A stretch of DNA of 64,000 nt from the human T2T-CHM13v2.0 reference genome, Homo sapiens. Shown in pieces: positions 1 through 13,179 of this stretch (the stretch's first letter is position 1; every line of letters begins with the position of its first letter). A program made the translations under genes and the position numbers. The DNA is taken from NCBI RefSeq assembly GCF_009914755.1, contig NC_060926.1; one strand, written 5' to 3'. The notes beneath the pieces are model-generated. The model saw only the letters and a program-made list of their open reading frames with translations. It did no database searches and was not told where the DNA came from.

Positions 1-34
1 TTAAATCTACCAAAATGATATAAATAGTATATAT

Positions 35-190
35 TTATTTGTTTATTCATTATCTGTTTCTCTGAGATGTAAGCCCCACAAGAACAGATACTTTGTATGT
101 TATGACCATTACTTTTGCTTCATCTCCCAGCAAAATATATGGCAAGTTAAGGATGCTCATAGGAAGGTAGTAAAATATTAATTGTTTGTG
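35..190 (+). mobile_element. L2 LINE 3' end remnant
   Basis: Degenerate match to the L2 3' terminus (tgtaagccccacaagaacagatactttgt...catctcccagc...atggcaagttaaggatgctca). Confidence 0.5.
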
Positions 191-706
191 GACACATATC
201 CTTAAAGGTATTTCTTAATACCAATGCTTAATAAACAATTTAAGTAAATAATTGAGGATGTAAGATTGCTTGTCCTCTAATAAAACATACTCACTTACTC
301 ACAAGATGTCACTACCCCAAAATAAAACATATGATAATGGAGATGAAATGAGAAACACTAGTATTGGCTAACATCTGACAACACACTGATGTGGATTTCT
401 GTATGATACAACGTGCTATTTTCCCTCTCTGTTATATCCTAGTCATGTATTTCAGCTCATAAGACAACATTCTCTGATCTCAAATTATTCCCATGTCAAA
501 GATGGCATGCCATATCAAATCTCATTAACAAATATAAATTATACCTTTTTAAGATTATTATCCAGCTGTTTGGACCTCTTTCCAACAGTGTATCAGTTTC
601 ACAATGGAATATAATATCTCTATTTCCTCAGATTGATTTTGTTTATTTGAATGCCTCAAACCTTTCTTTGTATACTGATTTTTCTTTTTGAATTTTTTTT
701 TATCAT

Positions 707-1034
707 TTTTTATTATACTTTAAGTTTTAGGGTACATGTGCACAATGTGCAGGTTAGTTACATATGTATACATGTGCCATGTTGGTGTGCTGCACCCATT
801 AACTCGTCATTTAACATTAGGTATATCTCCTAATGCTATCCCTCCCCCCTCCCCCCACCCCACAACAGGCCCCGGTGTGTGATGTTCCCCTTCCTGTGTC
901 CGTGTGTTCTCATTGTTCAATTCCCACCTATAAGTGAGAACATGCAGCGTTTGGTTTTTTGTCCTTGCAATAGTTTGCTGAGAATGATGGTTTCCAGCTT
1001 CATCCATGTCCCTACAAAGGACATGAACTCATCA
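707..1034 (-). mobile_element. L1PA (PA4/5-like) 3' UTR, 5'-truncated
   Basis: Canonical antisense L1PA end (ttattatactttaagttttagggtacatgtgcac...). Candidate TSD ttttttttatcat at 694-706 and 1035-1047. Confidence 0.95.
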
Positions 1035-2061
1035 TTTTTTTTATCATGCAAATCTGAGTACAATATTGAAAACTAATTAGGTCCTGTGGAATATGTTTTT
1101 TTCAGTTTCTATCCAAACATATCAATTCCAAATATATCAAATATAAAGAGTAAGAGAAAAATACATAATTAATTTGATTAATTTCAATTAGTTATTTTAC
1201 AAGAAAAGAGGTCAAGATGTTTAGAAGATGCAATAGGCATAAATATGTTCATGCAAACCTTTTCTTCCCAAAGAGTTGAGAGAAAAAAATAATACCTACG
1301 TGATGATATTTTACTGTTGTTGGCATAAATGGGGAATATAGATTTGTTTGTTCTATTTAATAATTAACTAGGGAGTAAATAACCACAGAAATCAATTCAA
1401 ACATAAAATAATAAGGCCTACTAGGGACTAAAGGAAACACTGGCAGATTCAGTCTAGTTTTTGTTTGTTTGTCTGTTTATGTATGTGTTTATATCTTAAG
1501 ATTCCCTATAGAGAAGTAGGGAACTCAATTAACACACTTAAAAAAACTACACAGTAGAGCAATAAGGGAAAATCCCATACAGTATTAGACTGATGGGAGA
1601 TTTTCCATCTTCTGTTGTGGGCCGTTAACTGCTTATTAAGGATATAAAAAAAACAGCTTCCTCAGCTAAACTCCTAAGTATCTGAGGACCAACAATTAAT
1701 CTTTCAAAGATGACAATATTTAAATTGTGAATTAGGCCTAATACATATTTTTTATTTTGGTTTTGCAAATCTGGCAATTCTCTTCCCACAGGGACCATAA
1801 TATCTGTTTCTGACTATTAGACTTATTTAAATATGTAAATATATTCTAATAACACAGTATGCTACTTTTCATAGTCTTCTACAATACTACTAGAAAAATC
1901 ACCATTGATTTGAATTTTGAATTAAACATTTATTCAGACTTGCTCTTATTGAATTCATTATAAAAATCGTGGTTCTCTTTCATTAATACCAATATCTATA
2001 TTGCTGTAAATGTACTATTGTGAATAACAAGAAATATCACTTGAAACATAGTCAATTAATC

Positions 2062-3870
2062 TATGAGGAGAAAGGAACACTTCCAAACCATTGTACAAGG
2101 CCAGCATTACCCTCATACCAAAGTCAGACAAGAAAATTACAAGAAAAGAAAATTACAGGCCAATATCCCTGATGAACACATGCAAACCTTCTCAACAAAA
2201 TACTCACAAATTAAATTCCACAGCATATTAAAAGGCTTGTGAACTAAAATTATCTGAGACAGCTCTCAATCAGTTTAGAAAGATTATTATGACAAGGTTA
2301 AGGACACATCATGACATATCCTGAGACACGTGCCTAAGGTGGTCGAGGTACAGCTTGGTTGTACATTATAGAGAGACATGAGACATGAATCAACATGTGT
2401 AAGACGCATACTGGTTCGGTCTGGAAAGGCAGGGCAACTCGAAGCGGGGGCTTTCAGGTCAAAGGTCATAATATTCCACAAAGGTGCCAAAAATACACAA
2501 TAAAAAAGATAGTCTTTTAAATAAATGATGTTGGGAACACTAGGTACCCACATGTTCACACAAATAAAATGATTTTGGATCCTTATCTTACACCATACCC
2601 AACTATTCACTCAAAATGGATTAAAGACTGAAGCATGAGGTGCAAAAGCATACAACTTCTAGAAGAAAACACAAGGGAAAATCTCCATAACATTGATCTT
2701 GGTGATGACTATTGGGATATGACACCAAATGCATAGAAAATAAAAGGGAAAATTGTCAAGTGGGACTATATTAAAGATTTTGCACAGCAAAGGAAACAGT
2801 TCACAAAATGCTACCACCACCTATGGAATAGAAGAGAGCATTTGAAAACCATACATTCAATTAGAGGTTCATATCCAAAATATATAAGAGACTCATACAA
2901 CTCTATAGCAAAACCAAACAAATAACCCTATTTAAAAATGGGTAAAGTACCTGAGTATTTTTTTTTTCTAAAGAGAACACGCAAATGGTCAATAGATATA
3001 TGTATGAGTGCTCAACATCGCTAATCATCAGGTAGATTCAAATCAAAACCACAACGAGCTATCACCTCACATCTGTTAGGATTGCTACTATCAAAAAGCC
3101 AACAGACAAGTGTTAACGAGGATGTGGAGAAATGAGAACCCTTCTATATTTCTGGTGGGACTGTTAAGTGGTACAGCCATTATGAAAAACAATATGGAGT
3201 TTCCTAAAAAAATTAAAAATGAAACTACCATATAATTTAACAATCCCATTTCTAGGGATATATCCAGAGGAAATAAAGTCATTATCTCGAAGAGAGAGCT
3301 GCACTTCCATGTTCACTGCAACATTATTCATAATAGCAAATATATTAAAACAACCTAAGTGTTGATCAACAGATGAATGGATAAAGCCTTTATAAAGAAG
3401 GAAATTTTGCCATTTGCATCGCAATGGCAAACATGAAGGGCATTATGTTAAGTGAAATAAGCCAGACACAGAAAGACAAATACTGGATGGTCTCAGTTTT
3501 ATGTGGAATATAAAAGTTAAACTCATAGAAACAGAGAGTAGACGGGTGGTTATCCAAGGTTAGCAGGTGAAGAAAATGAGGAGATATTGGCCAAAGGGTA
3601 GAAGCTTTGAGTTATAAAATGAATGAGTTCTGTAGACTTAATTTACAGCATGTATTTAAGGTACCGTATACTCAAAATTTGCAAAGAGAATAGATCTTAA
3701 ATATTCTCACCACACATGCACACAGAAGGTAACTATGTGAGACAATGAGTATTTCAACTAGCTTCATTGTGGTATTCATTTTACAATGTACACATACATT
3801 GAAACATGCTATATGACTTAAATATATGCAATTTTTAGTTAAGGTTATATCTCAGTAAAGCTGGAAAATG
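2062..3870 (+). mobile_element. L1MA (MA8/9-like) ORF2 plus 3' end, interrupted by a MER4A piece and internally deleted
   Basis: ORF2-like sequence (ggccagcattaccctcataccaaag; ccaatatccctgatgaac) at 2062-2237. It resumes at ~2470 much further 3' in ORF2 and ends with ctcagtaaagctggaaaa. Confidence 0.85.
2238..2462 (-). mobile_element. MER4A-like ERV1 LTR, 3' half only
   Basis: tgtgaactaaaattatctgagacagctctcaatcagtttagaaag...tggttcggtctggaaaggcagggcaactcgaagcggggg matches the reverse complement of the MER4A 3' half. Confidence 0.8.
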
Positions 3871-4229
3871 AAACATTTACACAATCTAGTTTACAAATAC
3901 TACATTAGAAATATACAAGAACCAAACAACATTATTTCAGTTGTTTAAAAAATAAGCAAAATACCCTTCTCTGAGTAAAATATGTAAGTCAGAATTTAGT
4001 ACTTGTTGCTATTAGACCTATATTGTGTCTGCCAATCACACACATTGACTATCACTTATTTGTACGTCCCAGGAAAAGATGAGATGTACGAAGAAAAATG
4101 AGGAGAATGAGAAGAAGAGATAAGGAGAGGGGCCAGGAAAATAAGAGGGGATAGGGAAGGAGAAGAAGAATATCTTAATAGGTTCAGCTTCTCTTGTGTA
4201 CCCAACTTTCTTCTGAATTTAAAAACTCA

Positions 4230-4345
4230 GAGCCTGGTGTGGTGGTGCATGCCTCTAATCCTAGCTACTCAGGAAACTGAGCCTGGAGTTCAAGACCAGC
4301 TTGGGCAACACATTAAGACCGCTTCTCTTAAAAGAAACAAACAAA
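4230..4345 (+). mobile_element. Alu monomer (FLAM-like)
   Basis: gcctggtgtggtggtgcatgcctctaatcctagctactcagg...ggagttcaagaccagcttgggcaac followed by an A-rich tail; one arm only. Confidence 0.8.
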
Positions 4346-4509
4346 AACCCTCAATTTGAAGTAATTTATCATGAAATATCTAAAATGTAATGCTAATATT
4401 TTCATACCAATGGGAGAAATTTACTATTGGTATAGCTTGCCTTCCTTTGACAAAATGTAGGAGTACGTGATGCTGAGGTCAGTTTCCTTAGTATTGATGC
4501 GGGGCATCC

Positions 4510-4770
4510 TCTCAGCTGAGAGTAGAGGGCCTACTCTCTACTGAGTGTAGCTGAACACTCGATGTGAAGACTTGCCTATGGAGAGGAGCTACCCACTGTG
4601 AGTCTCCTCTGAGCTGTTCAAACACTAAATAAAACTCTTCTTCATCTTCTTCGCCCTTCACTTGTCTGTGTACTTCATTCTTCCTGGATGCAGGACAAGA
4701 ACTCAGGCAAAGGCATCACAGCCACAGAAATTTCCAGCCAGAAAAATGACACCCCAGAGGTCCCATAACA
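4510..4770 (+). mobile_element. MER52-like ERV1 LTR 3' part
   Basis: gagaggagctacccactgtgagtctcctctgagctgttc...aataaa...ggacaagaactcaggcaaagg...ccataaca, ending in CA. Confidence 0.75.
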
Positions 4771-6381
4771 GGATGGTCCTGAATGTATGCAACATTTTTC
4801 TTAGTGTGATCCTAAATATAAAAGTTGCCTAATTTCCCTTTTCATGTCTACTTTCATTTTACCTTTCTTTTACTTCCAAGATTGAATACGTATTGTTTCT
4901 GCCCAGAGATTAATTCTCTCTTCCTCTGTTTCTCTCTTTCTTTAACAGAATAACTCGTATTTCTAACCATCTACTCTTCAACGTCCCAAGTATTGCATTT
5001 CTCATAATAGACACCCCTGGCTAATTTTACCATTAAAAATATTAGCAGGAATTTGCGGGGTTTTTTTTTCCATTTGCTTCTGTTTTTGCAACGCTGCTGT
5101 CTTTGGCTCTCAATTCCCTCAGCCTTTACATCCAGCATATCTGAAGAATTTTAACATTTAATTTCCAACATTTCCTAGCTGGTACTCACCACAACAAATT
5201 ACTGAACTGGGAATGCAATTGTTGTGTATCTTAAAGCTGTAAGAAGCAGCATATTCCATGTGTGCTTCCTTACACACTTGTGTACCTGAATATCCAAGGC
5301 CATGAAGAAACTTTCTCTCACTAAAAGCAGCATCAACATGCATATGTCTTTTTATGTAGCAGAAACTTTGTTACATTTCAATTCTACATACTGTATATCC
5401 GCCTTCTTTATGAAAGTTTATCTATGTTTAAAAAATTTTACCTCTTTCTCAAGTTGGTCCCTTTCTTCTTCTACCACATGTAGGTTAAAAGAATTGTTGG
5501 ATCCTCTTTTCTCTTTCTAGCCTAGAATTTTTGTCTTGACCACAAGATCAAAATTTGTTTTTAAGTTGATCCTATATCTTCCTGAGTTTCTGATGTCCTT
5601 TTTTCAAAGTCTGAGCTTTTCTTTTTGTTCACTACAAAATTCTGAAGACTTCTTTTTTTCTAACTTGCTAACTGTGGTTTTCCTCTTGCCTCTTGGCAAA
5701 TCTAATTCTTTGAGAGAAAGTGTTCCAAAAACAGGTCTTAAAACTTTTTCCTTGATGCTTAGTTTTGTGATAATTCCATTTTTTCCTCATCTTCTCAATA
5801 TAGAAACAATACATAGTATTTTTCAGATTAATTTTATCTGTTTATTTCTTAAAAATATTATTTTCCCAAATATATCATGTATGGATTTATATTTCAAATA
5901 ATAAATATATATGATAACATTGAAGACTTGGTGCCATTCAGCTGTCATTATGTAAAAGAACAAAAAACAGATAGCCTGATTAGTAAACAATATATCATCC
6001 ATCAATTCAAATGCTTGCACACATAAACTGTGCATCCTCTAATTGAGGCTGCCCTGGTCCCTAAAACTAATCCAATTCCCTTCCAAATAGATTACTGATA
6101 GGGTAAAAAATGCACTAGATATGCAGATACGTCTTTACTCTAAGAAGCATCTTGCCAATATCTGAGTTGAACCACATCATTTTGCCCAATTTAGAAATGT
6201 TACTCTCCATGTGTAATTTTGTCAATTTTTTATCCTGCTTTTCGACATCTCCCTCTCATAAATTATAATGTTTTATGCATACATTGACCTCAAATTGATG
6301 ATGTACAGCAAATGTTAGGAATACTTCTGATGGAAAGAGAGACAATCAGGATGCAATATTGATGATGCCAACCCAACCAGG

Positions 6382-7000
6382 AGGTGGCAGACAAACACTT
6401 AAGTGTTCTCATATTCACACCCTGTACAATTCCTCCCCTTGCAGGTGAGTGGGGCCTATGGCTTGCTTCTAACCAGTCTCACATGGCAAAGGTGATGGAA
6501 TGGCAGCCACATGATTGAGTTATATTACAAAGCAAAGGTTATTAGATATCACTTGCTTGATTGCACGATGTTATACGACTCCATCTAAGCAGACTGAAGA
6601 CAGAGATTATCTCTGCTGGTTTAATGAAGTAATACCACGTTAAGAAGTCCTTCGTGACAAGGAACTGCTGGAAGCCTCTAGAAACTTTGGTAGCCCCTAG
6701 GATCTGAGTGTGGTATTTAGCCAGTCAGGAAAATGCTGGAGCCCTCAGTCATATAGTTAAAAGGAAAGGAATTCTGAAAAAAACCTGAATAAGCATGGAA
6801 GTGGATTCTTCCTCAGTCAAGCCTTGATATAAAAAAGCAGCCCAGTCAATTCTTTTACTGCATCCTGTGAGACCGTAAGCAGAAAACCCAGATAACTTCT
6901 GCCCAGACTCATTATTCCTGGAAACTTCCAGATTATAAATGCACGCTATTTTCAGCTGCTAAATTTGTAGTAATTTATTACACAGCAATAGAAAACTACC
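6382..7000 (+). mobile_element. MLT1E-like MaLR LTR
   Basis: MLT1 motifs (gcttgcttctaaccag..atggcaaaggtgatgg; caaggaactg; gagccctcagtc) and the 3' end gctgctaaatttgtagtaatttattacacagcaatagaaaact. Confidence 0.8.
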
Positions 7001-7384
7001 TTTACCACATATTCCTGAGAGCAATATGTTGCTGAAAGACCACTAATGAATACAGTTATTTGGCCTTAACCCCTAAATGACCTCCTTCTGGAGAACTGGT
7101 CTGGGGAAGGGAATATATGATCCAGAAGTCTCTTTTTAACAAGACAAGAGGTCCACACTGGGAAAAACTTCATCTATAAGGAAGGCCGAAGTTTTTACAA
7201 TTATTCCAGTTATACAGGCCATTAGTTCTAAGAAATAGAAGCCACTATATAATAAAGAACATAGGAAAAGAGAAATCTAAGCCTTTTCTGTGCATGCCAG
7301 GGTGTTGAATCTTTTTAGCTCTTTCACTGTTAGCCCTTTAGTGTTGTGACTAAATTTTCTGCCCTTGAGCCATATTAGAAAATA

Positions 7385-7430
7385 TGTGTATATGTATGTG
7401 TCTGTGTGTGTGTGTGCGTGTGTGTGTGTA
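7385..7430. repeat. (TG)n microsatellite
   Basis: Interrupted TG dinucleotide run. Confidence 0.95.
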
Positions 7431-9317
7431 ACTCAGTTCTTCAAGGCTTGCATGTGTATTCAAAGACATTTGAAATTATTTCTGATTTATTCATTTTGGT
7501 TGATAAGTAAAGGAATATGAAACATTTCTTAATGAAAGTTGTTTCTGATTATTTTGCCAAATGGAGAAGTATAATCACACCAAATTATGTTTATACTCCT
7601 CCTTCATTTAAATAAAATGTTTTAGGCAAGCTATTTTTTTGAGTAAATAAATAAGAGACTATTTTAACTTTTTATTTTCCAGATCTGGACATAATAATTT
7701 AGCTTATGGTGGTATTCAACATTTTTCCCTTACACATAGTGAAATAAGCAAGCTAAAAACAAGTGAGCCCCAGTTTCTCTGATGGGTTGTTAGGAGCAAA
7801 AGAGTCATTGAAAACATTACAGTGTTACAGAGCTGGGAGAAATGGACCAGCAAGTCCCAGGCTTTGTGTTCTAGGACCAGAGCAGGAAGAGGACAAAAAG
7901 GTGTCTATTGGGCACATTAGATGCATTTAGATGATGTCTGAAAGCAAATCACAACTTCTGTAACTTTGTCTATAAGGATAAATAACTAAAGATAGCAGCA
8001 GTAAATTTGGAGCTCAAGAGGGATCATGAACATTACATCTATTGTCAGGCATATTGGTCTATATGAAGTTAAACAAACAGAATCATCTTGCTTTCTGCAC
8101 CAGAGGTGGTAAAACAGAGGGGCAGGGGTTACTGGGGGAAGAGCAAAATTGTTGAAGAAAATCTGACATTAGTAGGATAAGAACTGTGTGATTTAGAATT
8201 ACTTCTTTCTATGTATACCACAGAAAATATCTTTGTTTAGAGGAGCTTCTGTTAAGAACTTAATGTGATCAGATCACATGAATATAGATTTAAATAGGCT
8301 GATTTTAATGCTTCAATTCTGTTCATAGCCATTTGAACTGTCATCTATACTGGAATTTTTTAATATTAAATTTTTTTATTTGCACTATATAATATGCAAA
8401 TATGGAGAGTGTGTGTTCTAATACCTCAAGAATTTGCAACCTAGGAGGAAAGGTAATATATGTGTGCATGTTGCTATCATGTATCATTAAGGCTTGCAGC
8501 CCTAAGTGAAGAAAACTAAATGTGCACAAACAACAAGTAACAGGAGATAGACTATGTGATTCTATGTTAATATTTTTGAAGACAGGAAATGCAGTATATC
8601 ATAGAGTCAAGGTCCCAGCAAGTGTCATTATTTTCTTTCTTATCCAACTTTGGGATCAGATAATTTGGGCTGTAACTATATAACGTGACTTAATTATAAT
8701 ACAAAAAGTGGTCAAATAACATCACTTGAATTCCTGTCAAAAGTCACAAAACATTCTGAGAAAAAACACAAAGTCCTTTTGCTTCTTTTCAACTCAACTC
8801 TGTGCAAAATATGATAGAAAAAGTACAAAAGTGTGGAAAAATCCCTGAAAGCAAAGAGAATGAAGTGACATGGAAATAGGAATGGGACATTCGGGGAGGT
8901 TTGGAGGCAGAGGTGAGATGAGAATAAGCACATTTCCAAAAGCTGAAAAAGAGATTAAGCTTGCTAACAGATTATTCAAACCATAATTTTTGAAGTCCTG
9001 AATACTAGTAGGAGAGAAAATAACTGAAGGAAGAGAAACCTAAAAGAGATGACTGAATGTATGAGTATGGAGTGAGAAAATGCTATAAAAACAGTTCCAT
9101 TAGTTGAAAGTGTGTCGACAGAAGTTTATTACAATGCCATTTGTTACTTAGAAAAATATCAAGGAGATTTAAAAAAAATAAATGCAATTAACCACCTTTA
9201 AAAAATAATACTGTTGGTATGGTACTGGCATCACTAGAATAATTATCTCCTCATTCTAGCATTTGAAGAGATTCCGTGTAAAGGCCAACCTCTCAATTTT
9301 TGAAGACTTATTAGTAA

Positions 9318-9478
9318 AATTCAAATGTTCTCATCACAAAGAAATGATAAATATTTGAGGTGATGGATATGTTAATTAGCTTGATTTAATCATTCTGCAT
9401 TATGTTTAAAAATTATAACATTACTTTGTACCCCATAAATATATACAACTATAATTTTTCAATATGTAATGAAAATAA
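9318..9478 (+). mobile_element. L1MA 3' end fragment
   Basis: aaatgttctcatcacaaagaaatgataaatatttgaggtgatggatatgttaattagcttgatttaatcatt...gtaccccataaatatatacaac. Confidence 0.8.
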
Positions 9479-9593
9479 GTTAACAAAATGAAAGTTCATG
9501 AGCCACCATGCCACTGACCCATGACCCTTTGGTAGAGCCCCAGTTAGATATCTAATTCATCTAGAATAGTTTGGGGTGGAAAATACCTACCTA

Positions 9594-9975
<382 letters not shown>

Positions 9976-10229
9976 AACAACATATATAGACATAGATATA
10001 GATGTAGATATAGATATAGATATATTTACAAGATCATGTAAGAAAAGCATGTAACAAGAAAAAGAAACACTGAGATAAACTGGAGAAATACAAAACTTTT
10101 AAAGAAACAGAGAGATACTGCAAATTATCTGCATAAGAATTAAATTACTGACTTCCAAATTCAGCTTCAATAAGTAAAATGTTTGGAAGTCATTACTCCC
10201 AGTTTTACATCTTTTCAGTCCTGCAAGGT

Positions 10230-11690
10230 ATCTTAAAATATTTTTTCAGCATAAGGAAAATGACATAAGTCAGAAACTTGGATCTATGTAAAGAAAGAAA
10301 GAGTCTAGGAGAGAAAAAAATAAAAGTAAAATAAAACATTTTATTTTAATTATTTTTATAAAATCTAAAGATAACTGGTGATACAATAATAGTATCAATG
10401 CATTGTGTGATGGTAGCATAAGAATAAGTGAAATGATTGATAGCAATACTGTAAGGGAGGGGTGGGAGAAATTGGGAATTATCTGTATGAGGTACTGATT
10501 GTGAAGTGGTATAGTGTTATTTGAAGATAGACATAAATTAGGTTAAAATGTGCATTGCAACATCTAGGGTAATTACTAATACCCTGGTATTATCCTTTAG
10601 CATAACTAATGCTAAAGGAATAGAATGGGATCATATAAAATACTCAATTAAAAGTAGAGAAGGCACAAAAAAAGGGAGAAGGAACAAAAGCAAAATCAAT
10701 AGCAAACAGAGACATTGTAGATATTAATAAAACTATATTAACAATCACTTTAAATGTAAATAGTCTAAATATGCCAATTAAATGACATATTGTGAATAAG
10801 AGGAGGGAAACAATCCAGCTAAATTTGCTTACAAAGCCAACTTTAAAAGTTAATACTCATGAAAGTTAAAAGTAAAAGATGAAGAAAGTTGTATGATGCC
10901 ACAGCATCATTTTAAAAAACAGCATTAATTTTAGACAAGGACAGCTGAGATCAGTAAAGGTTACCGGGGACAAAGACAGGTATTATATAAAGATAAAGAT
11001 ACCAATTATCCAGGAAGATGTAATAATTCTATATGTGTATATAACTAATCACAGAGTATCAAAACAAATGAGGCAAAAACTGATAAAACTGATAGATGAC
11101 ATAGACAAATCTGCTATAGTTGGAACTTTAACATTTTTCTTTCAGTAACTGATAAATCCATTAAGCTACAATCAGTAGAATATAGCTGATCTGTACAGTA
11201 TTTTTAAAAAATTAAATCTAATTGACATCTAGCCACTACCACATCCAACAATAACAAAAAACATACCCATCTGAAGCTCTCATGCGACATTTATTAAAGC
11301 CGCATTCGGGCCCTAATACATATCTTACTAAATTTAAAAGAATAGATATTATATAGAGTATGTTCTTAGACCACAACAAAATTAAACTAGAAATTAATAG
11401 CAGACAGATAGGTAGAGAGTAACCAAATATTTGGAGATTACACAACATATTTCTAAATAACACAGAGGTAAAAAGAAATTAAAAAGTATTTTGAAATGAA
11501 TGGTAATAAAAACACAAGTTATCAAAATTTGTAGGATGTGAGAACACAGCCATTAGAGGGAAATTTATAACATTCTTATCACATATCAGAAAAGAAGAAA
11601 GTTATAAAATAACCTAAGTTTCCAACTTAGTACACAAGAGAAAAATATAATCTGATAGGTATCCTTATAACAAGAAGAGAAGAGAAATAA
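10230..11690 (+). mobile_element. Old L1M (L1MC-like) inter-ORF and ORF2 endonuclease region
   Basis: Degenerate L1 EN-region motifs (aatcactttaaatgtaaatagtctaaat; atagttggaactttaac; agtatgttcttagaccacaacaaaattaaactagaaattaata). Confidence 0.75.
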
Positions 11691-11714
11691 ACAGACAAAT
11701 GAAAGAATGTCTTG

Positions 11715-12063
11715 TTACAGTGGAAGCAGAGATTAGAGTGCTGCATCCATTTATATATATTTTAGACATAAAATGAAATACCAGTATGAATATATTAGAA
11801 AATAGACTGACCAAAAATATTTAATGTACACTGAGGTACATTAAACACCAAGTTGAAGAAACACTAACAAATGCAGGCAAAACCTAAAAATAAGAGAAAG
11901 AAATGGAACAGATTTTCCCCTAGAACCTTCAGAGAGAGTATGGTACTGCTCACACCTTGTTTTTGGACTTGTAAGCTCTGGAACTGTGATAGAATACATT
12001 TCTGTTGTTTTCAGCCACCCAACAGATAGTTATTTGTTTCAGCAGCCCTGGGAAACAAATATA
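11715..12063 (+). mobile_element. MLT1 (B/C-like) LTR fragment with a foreign insertion at ~11751-11845
   Basis: ggaagcagagattagagtgctgcatcca...ggaacagattttcccctagaaccttcagagagagtatggtactgctcacaccttg...gcagccctgggaaacaaatata. Confidence 0.75.
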
Positions 12064-12064
12064 G

Positions 12065-12335
12065 ATAGAGTAGTTGAAGGATACGTGAATATTAAATGTA
12101 ATTTGGTAACCTGTATGGGATTTTGGAAGATAAAAAGAACCTGAGGGAATACTGAGGATATAGGAGTAACTAATGTGTGAGCTTTAGTTAACAATAATGT
12201 ATCAATATAGGTTCATTAATTGTGGTAAATGTACAAAACTAACTTAAGGTATCAATACTGGAGAAACAGGGCATAGAGTATATGGGAACACTATCTTTGT
12301 AATAATTCTGTAAATCCGAAATTTTTCTAAGTTTT
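12065..12335 (+). mobile_element. L1MC 3' end fragment
   Basis: ctttagttaacaataatgtatcaatataggttcattaattgtggtaaatgtac...atatgggaacactatctttgtaataattctgtaaatc. Confidence 0.7.
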
Positions 12336-12457
12336 AAGAATTATGTATGTTATATATGAAATACATTAATAATATTCTATACATATATAAAATGAAATAC
12401 CATTACCGACATGGTAGAAAAAAGAAAAAAGACTGACCAAAAATATTTAATGTTATC

Positions 12458-12800
12458 TGATACGGTTTGGCTGTGTCCCTACCCAAATCTCATCTTGAAC
12501 TGTAGCTCCCATAATTCCCAGGTGTTGTGGGAGGGACCTGGTGGGAGATACTGAATCATGGGGGCAGCTTCCCCCATACTGTTCTCGTGGTAGTGAATAA
12601 GTCTCACAAGATCTGAGGGTTTTATAAGCTTGACTCTTTATCCTCTCTTGTTTGACACCATGTAAGACTTGCCTTTTGTCTTCCACCATAATTGTGAGGC
12701 CTCCTCAGCCATGTGAAACTATGAGTCCATTAAACTTCTTTTTTTAAATTACCCAGTCTCGGGAATGTCTTTATCAGCAGTGTGAAAATGGACTAACACA
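12458..12800 (+). mobile_element. THE1 (B/C) solo LTR with TSD
   Basis: tgatacggtttggctgtgtccctacccaaatctcatcttgaa...aaaatggactaacaca; TG...CA ends; perfect 5-bp TSD TTATC at 12453-12457 and 12801-12805. Confidence 0.95.
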
Positions 12801-13179
12801 TTATCTCAAGAAACATAGGAAATTGAAGTCAGAAATTTTTCCCATTGTGATATAAAACTTGAAAATAATAATTTGCTATTGGGACCAACTAAGTCAATTG
12901 AAACCCTGGTGACACCAACTAGCTAAAGGTCTTGATATATTTTTTTCATCTATGACTGTTGTAACCATATTGAGTCAGATTTAATTATAACATTAGGGTG
13001 AGGATATTGAATCTGTGATTGCTAATCTATTTCAAGATGCCAATCTTCATATTAAAAGCACACAACAGTGGATTCTCTTGTTAAAGTAGTTAAGTTTGAC
13101 AGTGTGCCAGCCATTTATCATATGTCTGTTATGTGTAGAGAATATCTTCATAAGGCATTATTAAAATTACTATTAGGTA

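Noticed and set aside
5536-5901. 121-aa hydrophobic + strand ORF as a membrane protein
   Set aside because: It starts at TTG, and its F/L/S richness follows from the T-rich strand. It is the antisense shadow of the purine-rich minus strand.
6430-6450. Second Py-CAG|GTGAGT motif
   Set aside because: It lies inside an MLT1 LTR, has a short tract and has no supporting context.
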